Positions 52,041 to 64,000 of a DNA stretch of 64,000 nt are shown piece by piece (positions within the stretch are counted from its first letter, which is position 1; each line of letters opens with the position of its first letter). Location: NCBI RefSeq assembly GCF_041956535.1, contig NW_027192194.1, forward strand, positions 279,444 to 343,443, written 5' to 3'. Position numbers and translations under genes: made by a program. This stretch comes from Calcarisporiella thermophila CBS 279.70. Taxonomy: Eukaryota > Fungi > Calcarisporiellomycota. The notes beneath the pieces were generated by a model, which ran no database searches, had not been told where the DNA came from, and saw only the letters and a program-made list of their open reading frames with translations.

Positions 52041-53432
52041 ATGCCCAAAATTAAATTACGCTTAAACACAGATGCTATATCGTCTCCATCACCACAACAA
52101 CAATACGATACTAATCCCATTTCAACTTCACGCTCATCCCAATCACCTCCACAGAGCTCTAACGACTCTCCCGCACCTACACCGATCAGAAAACCTGATA
52201 AACGACGAAAATATGACTGGTTAGAGGAGGATCAGGAATCGCCTATTATATCTAACACTGGTGATAAATCCGCCAAACGCAGTCCCAATCAATTGCACTC
52301 CAATAGTACAATTAATGATTCACAGGGGATGACTGCGGATGATGTGACTACTGAAACAAAGCAGCTAGAGGAAAATGGGTTTGCTGTTCCACTACCAAAG
52401 CCAGAACCACCGCCTCTTTCGGCAGCTACATCCGAGCAAAACTCAAGCACACCCACACTTCGAACTCGTGGGGGCGGTCCAGGAAGCCGTGGTGGACGTG
52501 GAAGAGGAAGAGGCCGTGGCCGAGGTAGGGGCAGAGGTGGTCAGTCTTTTTTGGGAATTGGACACGCAGGGTAATATATATCTTTATTGCTACATATTTA
52601 CATATTCATCTCATGTACGACATCTATTAATTGATAGATCTCCTCTCAGGGATAACTTTGCTCCTGATTCAAACTCCAGTCCGGTTCTAAGTGATGGTAA
52701 AGAATATTATAGGATATTGTCAAAGTTAAAGAAGCAATGTTTTAAGGATGCCGAGATTATTAGGAGCACGAGATTCAGATTCAATGGCACAAAATGGAAC
52801 TATAAAGGTGGACAAAAATGCCAAGCCTCGAACGTGGAAGCGGCAAGGCATTCTGCTTAAGACACTGGGCGGGGAGGTGACGGTCCCTGGATGGGTGACA
52901 AGTAAGTAAACAAAATATATATATTTCGTCAAGAATTATATTTATGTTTACCATCATTAGCACAACCAACTACGTTGACTGTGGATCCAACGGGTAAATC
53001 TATGTCGATGAATGTGGCTCCATCCATTTTAGAATCGTCAGCTTCATCGGCTGTGGAAACAACCCCCACGGCACGACCGTATATGTGCATGCAACCCAAC
53101 TGTACTCGGTAATATGAAATTGAATAAGTTTTTCTGATGATCACTTAGCTACAACCAATTTGTAATGTAGGGCTTTCGCTGATCCGACTACATTACAGCG
53201 ACATATCCAAAATATGCACGGCACACCTAATTATGTGTGTGGGGTCGACGGCTGCCGTCGCAGCTTTGTTACTCAAGGTCAACTGATCAAGCATCAAAAG
53301 ATGGTGCATCTGCAAACTTGGAAGCGTAGAAAGACAAATACTACTCCCAAAGATGTCAATAAGGAGCAGCCTTCATTATCGCAGCCAGAGAACGCAGCAG
53401 AAACTCCGCAGCCGCAGGCAGAAGAGGAATAA
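52041..53432 (+). CDS. YY1/Pho-like (Ies4/Iec1-related) C2H2 zinc-finger protein with RG-rich region and REPO/2W motif
   Basis: Exons 52041-52570, 52638-52696, 52764-52901, 52961-53108 and 53171-53432 join in frame through GT-AG introns. Product has a GRGRGRG tract, WKRQGILLKTLGGEVTVPGW and two C2H2 fingers. Confidence 0.78.
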
Positions 53433-53651
53433 TAATAAATGTAATTTTTCTAATTTTGATTTCAGCCTCAGAGAGTCACGTGGAATATAATATCTCCATG
53501 AAAGATGTGGTGTTATGACAAGAGTGAGGGGAACAGAGAAATTACTTTTGAACGTTTTATTTATATTTCTTGTAGCATATTTTAATATTTGCACTTAATT
53601 GAGTTCTTTGATTCCCTCCCCACCTCTTAAAATTGCTACTATTTTCCCATA

Positions 53652-56600
53652 ATGAAAGCTTGGGCGTTTGGAGGAGCGTCTACGATTAGCAATTGGTGGT
53701 CAACAGCTGCCATGATCACTCTACCATCGAGGCTACAGAAGCGTTTAGTGTGTTATCTTCTCAAGCGTACGTTGGGCCAACTTGTAGAATCTCTCGATCC
53801 TGAAAATCTTGATCTTCAACTTAAGAATGGTATTGTACAGCTGCGTGATCTACGTCTCAACATAGAGGTACATATATTTTTTTTTCCCTTGAGATGCTTA
53901 TAACTGACCCAGAAAATAATATCATTTACGTAGGCACTCAACGAGATTATTAAGGATCTGCCTATGGTTATCACAGAGGGTTCTATTGAGGGTATCACTG
54001 CTTCAATTCCATGGCTAAATTTATGGTCTGGAATTGTTATGTTAGAAATACAGGGATTGCAAATTACTGTATTATCTGAAAAAGCTTGCCACAAAGAGGG
54101 TAATTTTTTTATAGCTTTTCTTTTATTCAAGTAACGTATTATTTACCATTATAATATTTAAAGCATACAAGAAATCCGGAAAGCAAGAGGACTCGCCTCT
54201 ACTCTCCTCTTCCTTATATTTTGCGGGAGATTTCCTGCGACATGAAGTGTCTCCCGATGAAGACGAAGAGCTACGAAGCTCTATTTATCAATCATTTTAT
54301 AGCGCTATGGGTGATAGTGTGACAGCAGACGCAACCGTCCTTGTTCGTGGTTCTCCTCCGTGTTCGCCTACATCCATTGCATCTTCAGGTTCACAAGCCT
54401 CGCCATCACTACTAGACACGGGGGCTGAAGGTCTTCAAGTGCTTACTCGCATTATCGATAATATTGTAGCGCGAGTACGTGTTGAGATTCATGATGCCCG
54501 TTTGCGAATTAGACACTGCTCCCAGCAACTTTTGGATATTTCAATGCCAAACTCAGAGGAGGAATATAACGGCTACCTGGAAATGCATATACCACTTATC
54601 TCATACCGTGATGAAACGCCAAATTTGACTGAGGATGCACAGATCGCAAGAGATGGAACAGCAAGCATCAAATTACCGCCACATAGGGCAGAGCTCGTCA
54701 AAAAAGTTAACATAAGTGGATTCACGATTTTATTAAGGCAATTCAGCGCCCAATTTGGGCGCTCAATTACCCGTACTATTCTGTCTTGTCAGGATAGCTG
54801 GCTGGAAGTAAAAGTAGGTTCTTCAACACCTAGTGAATTTCAGCCAGAGTCAAACCTTTCTTCATCTGCCATCCATGATCGGATGGCGCAACTTCGAGCA
54901 GCATCCATTAAACAAATAAGTGCAAACTTCAATATCGGACCAGTTCTATTAGCACTCTGTCCGGAGCAGCTCGCATGGATATTGGAGTTATGTGATAATT
55001 TCTCATTGAAAACGTTTAGCGAAAAAGATGTCACGCAGGACGCACAAAATGACGATAAACAATGGCCAGGAAGCGAAAACATTACCAATCAGCAAATTCA
55101 TGGGTCCATCGAACAGCGCTGTACGGACACTGAGGATCGCTCCATAATTTCTCCAACCCATTGGGGTCCTGAGGACGATTACTTCGCACAAAGTATTCAT
55201 GAACGCCATGCAGACATATTCGATTTCCCATACTCATCCCACGATGTATCATCTCGATTTCCTAAGATTACTGGCACACTTTTCAACACAGAAATTCCAC
55301 AATATTCTACACCTCAGACACAGTATCAAAATCAAAATCGATCTGACCTTCAGATACCAAGTGCGTTACCTAAGAAATCTCATCAGCCAGTTAGTCTCCA
55401 GATTACAGGAAAGCCATGCTACTCTTTCAAGTTCAATATAAACTCCATAAATGCTTATATGTTCTACCAGGACGAGTTAATAGAAGAAGAGTTCTTCCGA
55501 CATTCCAACACCATTGCACTAACAATGGATCATATTCGCATTAAGATCACGAATCTGGTTATAATCTATCGCAATTACGATTATTATACATCCAAGTCAA
55601 TATCTTCACGTCGTGACTCGGGAGAATCTAATCGACTTGAAAAGTATGGCCCTGCAGCTCCAGTCGCTTCAGAGGGAGGTACTATCAATGTTCGCATATC
55701 ATCATTAAGCTTAGCAGAATGGCTAGATGAGCGACCACCAATGGAGTTCATGCCTCTTGATGATCCTGGAGGTTGGAAACGACCATTTGCTCGACCTGAT
55801 TTTCAACGATACAATTTCATCCTTTATTTCAATCCTGATCTTCCCCAATCATATGATCAAGGAGCTGCGACTGAAAACGGAGTGGACTTTCCAACGTTTT
55901 TGGCTGTAGAACAGGGAAATCCTGTTAATAATGAAGATTGTGCAGATTCCAGACATGAAGCTATTACTGTGTGTTATGAACTTGGGGTAGATTCTCCTAC
56001 TATCCATGTTGAGATTTTACCCTTATGTCTTCGCCTTGATGTTCGAATCATCGATCGCTTGGAAAATTATTTTTCCGCTCTATCAAATAGTTCTGCACAA
56101 AAAGAGCACCATCCAGCACACGAGAGGTAGGAGATTTATTCCTTTATTAACGTATTATTTTAATGGATCTGTTTGCTAAACTATATCTTTTGTTTTTCAG
56201 GCCGGTGGTTGAATATACAGGGAGTCAGCGCATCATCGATGACTTAGATGAGCGCCGTGAATATTCAGATGCGCAAAAAGATCTTTTGGTCAGGGTGCAC
56301 TGTGAGTTTATAAGAGTTTGGCTATTTTGTCCAGCAATGGGGATCCCAAGGCCTAAATTTCCAGCGGGAGAAAGCTCTCAATGGATAGATGATCGAATGC
56401 ACATGGATGTGCTAGTAATTGATCTTTTAAATCCTTGTTTCTATACCAGTACGGCACTGAATACAGAGAATGGGTCACCTTATTCTCACCTACCGAGTGG
56501 TGGTGCTACGGAATTTAACTTGGCGCGTTTGCGTGTAGAATGCCCTCGTATCAATCTTTTTCTAAAAGCTGCTGATGGTGATTTTTTTAGCTTGCTTCGA

Positions 56601-59600
56601 GATTAGTCCTTTTTCTGACTAACTTTATTATAAAATTAGATCATACGGCAGTCTGTTTCCTCACAATACAAGCTGGTGCTCCATTACAAACACCAAGGGC
56701 GTTCTCTCAGTCTTTCAGCACAGCTCCTAATATTGAAATTACGGTGCGTTGTCCTGAAGCATTGCGTACGAAAATGGCCTTTACTGGAGCATATGCTGCA
56801 CCAACGGGTTATCTATCGACATTTACACGACGATTTTCTGGGTCGGACGAAACTGTGCATGCGCCCCCAGAAGAAGAGGAAGAAGAAATCCTTGTATTTA
56901 AGCAACGAACTGTTGAATCTTCGGTTAGTTTATTCTTTTACTATATGCAGTTGACTAAGCAATTCATCTTAACTTTTTGCATTATAGCTCTTCGTCATCA
57001 ACTGCCATTTTCCTGTATTCCGTGGCCATATCCCAAAACACGTTTATAATATATTTGAAGTGCTGCTCAATGATTTTGCTCTATTCCAACCGCGTAACTC
57101 AAGTACAGAAAATGCATCGAAATTAAATGTTGCAGGTTCATCTATCGACCATGCTCTGCGACCTATCATGGAAAATCTGCAGTATTCTTCACCTTCTCCC
57201 AGCGCAGACAATTCATCAGCCGGACCACGAGCTTTCCACAAAGATGACGAAAGCACTTCAGAATCCCAGTCCAGTTTTAGGGGTGTGTATCAAATGGCAA
57301 AAGGATACGAAGAGCAGATCAACCCAGCCCGTCCGACACTTGCTAGTCTAGTTGTGTTTATCTCCCGTGCAGACCTTACATTACTTCAACCTGGAATGCC
57401 TACATACTTCGATCCAGACCCTACCACGCGCGCTTATCGTCTTATTCTTGATAGTTTAAGATATTTCAACGTTATGAAGCATAGGGGGCAGAGTGAATCT
57501 TATGTGATAATGGAAATGGATAATCTGGCATTATGGGATATAACGAATGGCCAGGCACAACAAAAGTTACTCTGCTATCGGACACTCGATGAGAGGATAG
57601 GGGCAGGAAAGAGTAGTGGAAAAATGTCACGGAAGAAGGAGATAGGGCGAACTTTGCTGACATCCATTTCATTCAGCTCACTAGATACGGAATTATTCTT
57701 AAAAGAAACCAAAAGCAACGTGAGCATTCGCGGAATTACTTGGCGATTTTCAATTGATCAACGTTGGCCAACTGAGCTTGCCGAATTTCAACGCATACCT
57801 GAAGAGATGATGAGTGTTGATTTACCGAGCCAGTACACAAGATTACAGGTTCATGTACAAGATTGTTCTATTGATTATAAGCCTATAAATCTTGCAAGTC
57901 GCGCGGTTCTTGTTGTAGATGCTTTATCGGCATCTGCAAATATAATTTCAGATTCGCCAACAGTAGCTGCTAAAATTATAGTCAAGAGCTTAGGACTGTT
58001 CCTTGTGGACGATGCGTCTACTCTCAATTTGCCACCACACCGACCGCCGCACCAGTCATTTGGAGGTAGTCCATCGAGAGTGTCACCTTTTGAAAATGAT
58101 TATAAAGAAGATATAAGTGGGGATGTACGGAAACACTGGCTTTCTATGGGATTTGCTCGAATTGCTTCCCTGGAGTTTGTAGAAGCGAATGTGCGAGCCA
58201 ATAAGTTGGATCTTTCTCCTCAGTTAGATATTGAACTCACCGATGAGCTCGTTTCGTTGGAATTATGTGCGGACACAATCCATGTTTTAGAAGAGCTCAT
58301 TTCACATTTGGTTTCCGGCGGTGATTTAGCTTCTGAACACAAAAACCCAATGCAGATGGCTCCTGAACCCTGTAGACACACTTCAACCTCCATTCCCACA
58401 AATGAAAATATACTTGCATCAATAGATGAAGATGCATTTCGCTTACGGGATCCGGCGACTACCTCATTTCCACCTAACCCCAGCACTGAATTAAGCAGTA
58501 CAGATCGTTCAGAAATGAATTTCGTTGAAGAATTTTACGCTGTTGATCCACACGGCCGAGTAGAATTTGGTACTGAAAGCGTGGTCTTTGCTGAAGCACC
58601 TTGCAACACTCCTGCATCATTAAATAAAAAAATATCGAAACAGAAGTGGCGGAGTACTGATGAGTTTAGCGATATCGGCATAAGACACAATGAGACTACT
58701 AGGGATGCTATTCAGTGCGAAAACACTTCTTTTCAAGGCTTGCATGGAGAACATATTGCTGATGGGCTGGTGCGGATTTTGGATAATGAGTTTGCAGATT
58801 TGAATTTGGTGGAAGACCATTTTGCGGTGACGCTTGATGAAAAACTCGAATTGGATCAGAATACGAGTACAGATCTTCCACCCAGTCTCATTCAGCTTCG
58901 GGTCAGAGACTTTAATCTCGTCATTAAGTTGTACGGAGGGTTCGACTGGGAATCATCTCGAGTGCACATAAAAGAGAAACTGGAAAAAGCTAAAAATGTT
59001 ATTCAAAATGAAAGAGCAGGGAAGATCGGATCACATTCTCCCTTTGAGCAAGGATTTCCTGCTTCCTTTAACATTGGCAGGCTATCCTCTGAAGCCCCGA
59101 ACCCACAACACACACAATATCCAAATAACTCGGACTCAGAGTGGGCGCCAAGTGATCAGCAGCAACAGCCTTATATGACTTCAGCTGAAGCATATGACAT
59201 GCTCTATTATGATGATAACAGTGATGTTGCAAGCCAAATCAGTGCACCTACCTCTACTAGAATCCATTTCCCACGAGATAATTCGCGTAATGATAACGAG
59301 TTTATAGAGCCCGGAAAGAGTCACTCACGGCATATTTCGCCCCAGAAGCCCCCTGCTACTTCTCACAAGTCGCCTACCCATTTAAAGCTCATGCGATCGC
59401 GTAACAGCAAAATTGAGCTACAGTTAAATCGCATTCAAGCCGAATTTAATCTTTTTCACACCGGTGGAGAGCTTGCTTCTCGTCTAATAGTTCAAGTTCA
59501 AGACTTGGAAGTAATTGATAACCTGCGCTCATCTCTCTGGCGAAAGTTTTTGACGCGATTAAAACCATCGGACAACATAAGCGGAGAACGCAGTGGAAGC

Positions 59601-60896
59601 AGCGCGAATATGACAACTACCACCTCTCGCACAGGAAAAGCAAATTCTGCGGACGAGAGTGCTAATCGAGCATGGGTACCATCCCCCTCTGAGAGTATGC
59701 TTCGAGTGAACCTGTTGGGAGTAAAGCCTAACCCCGAGGATGCTATGGAAGAATATCGACTAAAGTTCCGTTTGCTTCCCGTTCGTTTTTATGTCGATCA
59801 GGATGCACTCGATTTCTTAATCCGGTTCTTCTCCTTCAAAGACCCTAGATCAGATTCTAATAGTGCTACTCAATCTTCAGTGCCTAATAGAGGTCAAAAT
59901 TCGCTCTATTTCCAATACTGCGAGTTCCGACCTATTATAATGAAAATAGATTACAAGCCCAAGCACATCAATTACAGAAGCTTAAAACGTGGTCATCTAG
60001 TGGAGTTGATGAATCTCTTCCATCTTGACGGGGCTGAAATGACTCTGCGAGAGGTTCGATTAACTGGTGTTGATGGCCTGTCACGATTATTTGAAAAGCT
60101 GCTAGCAGAATGGCTGCCTCATATTCGCAGTACACAAGTTCCGCACATGGTCTCAGGCGTTTCCCCTATCCGTTCTCTAGTTAATGTTGGTCAAGGAATG
60201 TCTGACCTTATTCTGCTGCCGATTGAACAATATCGCCGAGACGGACGGCTTGTCCGCGGTCTTCAGCGTGGAACAGGATCTTTTGTTCGTGCAACAACGC
60301 TAGAAGCCATTAAAGTTGGTACTCGTTTTGCAGCAGGCACACAGGTTCTACTCGAGTATGCTGACGAAACTCTTTCTGGATCCCCTTCTTCATCCTCTCG
60401 CACGCGTTCTGCTAAAATTCCGCTGGGAGAAGAAGCGAGAAATACAGGGGCTGTGATTGATATAAATGAGTACATGGCAGAGGAGGACGGTGATGACATT
60501 GAAAGAACTATGGAGAGTCGTACGCAACTTTCCAGACAAACAAATTTGAGTAAATTTGCTGATCAACCTGCCGATGTTGGCGAAGGAATCCAATATGCCT
60601 ATCGTAGTTTGTCACGAAATATTGGAATGGCTGCACAAACAATCCTAGCTGTGCCAATGGAGGTTTATGAGAGCACTAGCGCACAAGGGACCGTTCGGGC
60701 AGTCGTTCGAGCAGTACCCGTTGCAGTATTGCGGCCCATGATAGGGGCAACTGAAGCCTTTTCAAATATGTTGCTAGGAATAAGAAACACTATTGATCCT
60801 GCACAGAAAATACAATCAGAGGATGTGAGTACAATCGTGATTACTTCAAATATTATTTTCTAATTCTTCAATTTTGCTTAGAAATATAAGCAGTAA
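53652..60896 (+). CDS. ATG2: Autophagy lipid-transfer protein Atg2
   Basis: Chorein-N LQKRLVCYLLKRTLGQL, LELCADT motif, PVRFYVDQDALDFL, IDYKPKH, and C-terminal AVPVAVLRPMIGATEA...QSED|KYKQ*. Confidence 0.96.
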
Positions 60897-61383
60897 AATC
60901 GATTTTACACCACTGTGGTAAGGGTTCAGTTTATTCCAGGACTATCTTCCTCATGTCTTATCCATTACATATATTGTTCCTTTACGTCACGATCTCTTAT
61001 TCCTCCCCTCTACCCACGGCTATTGCATATACCATATACAAATTATTTGTTTATTACGATTTATATTTGATTATAAGATTACTCTATTTTGAATTATAAA
61101 ACCATATTGTAGTATCATTCCAACATATGAAGTCTTTTTCAAGCCTTCGGATTTAAGAATCTTTGGTGTATATGGACATTGTAGATAAAATCTTTTTATA
61201 TTGACATAAAATCAAAAGCAAACAAGAGCTATACTACAAAATAAATCGCTAAAAGAAGTGAAACTTACGAAAGGTATAATTGTTCGGTAAAAGAAAAAAA
61301 AACATTAAAAGATCGAATATATAATATAACGAAAGTACTATAAGTTATTAAGAAAGAATGATTTAAAAAGGTATATCCAGGTG

Positions 61384-62863
61384 TCAAATACACTTGAGAA
61401 TTTGGTATTGTTTGTCAGTCCGAATTATAAAATCCGCATGTGGAGCATTAGCCCAATAAATTATGTTCATGTTATAGCGCTCAAGATATGTGCGCAGCCG
61501 CGGCCCATGTACAATGCGATCACCACCACTAATGAACACGAAGGTTGGTAATTTTTGAGGGAGCTGGTGTGGAAAGAGAAGCGCCTCATGCCACCAGAAA
61601 GCTCTACAAACAACGCGTGAGATTCCAAGTTCCGTTTGTAGTAAATACCATCTCATGAGCTCGAGTCCACTAGTGGGTTTGCGATACACAAAGTTCAAAA
61701 CCGTGTATGGCTCCCAAAGCATGAAACAGATCGGATCAATAAGCAAAAGTTGCTCAATATATTTTGGTCTTCGTTTTGCAACCCATCCTGCAATGATGGT
61801 GCCAAACGAGTGTCCGATCCAAGTGGCTTTGGTTATTTGGTGTTGTTTAAACAGATGATCAATTGCGAAGAGGGTTTCGGACATTGTTGGAACATAAAAG
61901 TCAAGCCGCATAGAGACATGTGGAAGTTCTAAGAGAAGGATATCACGATCTTCAAATTTAGTAATAAATTTTCTGATAAAAGACACATAAGCTGCTAATC
62001 CTATAGTTAAAATTGTAAGGCTTAGAGTATTCTTGGTTATTTTCTACCGTATTTGATATTTACCGATTCCAATTCCATGTACAAAAATTATTGGCGATTG
62101 TTTTAGCGATTTATCCTGTGCAATATAGGATCCTGGTCTCATCCAGTATGATAGATGCCCACATTGCATCCTTCGAAAACCTTGATAAGAGAGATATAAG
62201 CCCATAACTAAATCTGCTACCGACACTATTCCATATACAACAAGGGGCCGACTAAGTGAAGTGAAGGGATCCAAAGTCATTCGCATGCAGTTGACATTGG
62301 AATTATATCCGTTTTCTAGTTTAGAGCCTATTTTCTGTTCCAGAATACGGATCATCCCCTCCGTTGTTTGCACTTCTTGCACTGTCAATTCATCCAAATA
62401 TTTATCATAAAAAGCCCACCCCAAATATTCGCGTATATTTTCCTTTCGTAAATCATTAACATGTGCACCATTGAACCAGAGAGAGAGTGTAGCAGTGATC
62501 TCAGTAGCATGCGAGCAACACTCGAAGAAGATGCGATTCATTTCCTGGGGAGAGAGAGAAGGAGGGAGTACGCGATGCTGTAATCGCTTAGAGGTACGGT
62601 AGTAATATACTGAGAAGGCACACTCTGCCGCGCTCCAAAATAATGCAATTACACGCCATCTTAATTCAAGTATGTTAGAGAGAAATATCCTGCAGATTTA
62701 TAAAGTTCTTATATAGATAATACCTTGGGAGAGAACACATGGTTCCATTTCTAATAATAAAATCGCGAATCGCTAGTGTAACATTGGCCCAACAGAGTGC
62801 AGTAATGCCATAGATTGGGAACACAAAGGCAAAAAGTACAATGTAGTAATCCCAACGTGGCAT
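61384..62863 (-). CDS. Membrane-associated alpha/beta hydrolase
   Basis: N-terminal hydrophobic segments; PIIFVHGIGIG, nucleophile elbow GHSFG, LIDPICF, GGDRIV and HA motifs; 3 exons. Confidence 0.85.
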
Positions 62864-63683
62864 TGGAATGAACTAGGACATTTACAATAGTGATAGATGG
62901 TGAGTTAACTGAATAGGTCGATTAAAATAGGTTATATATAAGGAATTTTTTCTATCTGCAAATAAAAGTTGAGGGTGAGTATGCGATATCAAATTCAGTA
63001 AAGCTATTAATTTTCAAAACTTGTTAGATATTTTCATTACTAAATGAATTCTCTAGAATTCACTATTAAAAATTATGTAGGATCTCGTCTTTTAGGCTAG
63101 CAAGTATAGAATGACTTGACACCATGCTAACGAATTATCCTAGTATTTATATAAAGCTCCAAGCTGCGAAAATGGTGAAGAGGAAATTTTTGACTCTTTG
63201 CCATTTCACACACATATGGCAGTATTTACATAATTGGGGATTACAAAGAGGTATGTGTTAAAGAATTTATGTAAATATGTATGTTTAAATTCAACTATCC
63301 ATTAGACGCTATTACCTTTCAAGCATTAATTTTTCAGAAAAATCTCCCTCTTTTATGCCAGGCTCACTTAGCTATTTTCCTAGCGACTGTTAGAAGAGAA
63401 AATGCTACGGCCATCTAAATAATATAAGTTTTATCTTGAGGTTCAGTTGAAGAGACCATTGAAAATACCGCATTGAAAATGAGATAATTCTAATAGTCAA
63501 AATTTTGTCATTTTTTGAATATAGAAATGGCAGGTCTGATTATTAAGGAGCTTTATTGAAGTGTCTGTGCAAAATGGAAAAAACCACTAATTAATACGTC
63601 ATCAAATTCATTTCGACTAACTAGCAGTTTTTAGTGACGCGAAGAAATTGTAATATCCATTACATTCCGAGAGGCCAACTGTT

Positions 63684-64000
63684 ATGGATTTTTTTACAAA
63701 AGGCTATAGTGCGCTTCGAGGAGACAAGGGCCAGCATCAGAGCGCAAGTGATACAATTGACAGGCTTTGTGACCGCCTTGCTAATGCTACTCTGCTTGAG
63801 GACCGTCGTGCTGCAGTTTTAAGTCTAAAGGGATTGGCTAAAGATTACCGAAATGTAAGGGAATTAACCAGTTCGACAAATTATTTGTATTAGACTCTTT
63901 TACCACTTCCACGCTCTGATTATCATTATGAAATGATTTTAAATATAAAATGTTCAAATGTTGAATCATCTTACTAAACTCGTTACCTTTATTAGGAGGT
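63684..64000 (+). CDS. USO1: Vesicle tethering factor Uso1/p115, 5' part only
   Basis: QSASDTIDRLCDRLANATLLEDRRAAVLSLKG, followed by a GT-AG intron that ends at about 63995. Confidence 0.92.

Overview
Gene-dense eukaryotic DNA, not prokaryotic. It holds about 29 protein-coding genes, most split by many short (about 55-100 nt) AT-rich spliceosomal introns. Gene content (Zn2Cys6 TF, chitin deacetylase, Nha1-type antiporter, plus several animal-like genes) points to an early-diverging, non-Dikarya fungus; this is an inference. Housekeeping genes recognised: IMP2, a BAR-PH-ArfGAP, EFR3, SEC13, RPB11, BET2, TACO1-like, PSMD5/HSM3, PP5, DBP3, PPP4R2, NFU1, NHA1, SDH5, LAMTOR2, HSPA12-like, UBE2E-like, ATG2 and USO1. 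I saw no tRNA, rRNA, transposon or CRISPR. Highlights: (1) a five-exon gene missed by the ORF track that encodes a YY1/Pho-like REPO (2W-hairpin) motif plus two YY1-like C2H2 fingers; (2) a clear AT-AC minor-spliceosome (U12) intron in the PP5 gene; (3) an MTFR1-like protein; (4) an orphan 7-TM receptor-like gene inside a local GC-rich island; (5) a divergent CP2/Grainyhead factor whose intron has a U12-like donor. All gene models were spliced by hand, and family calls rest on remembered motifs, not database searches.
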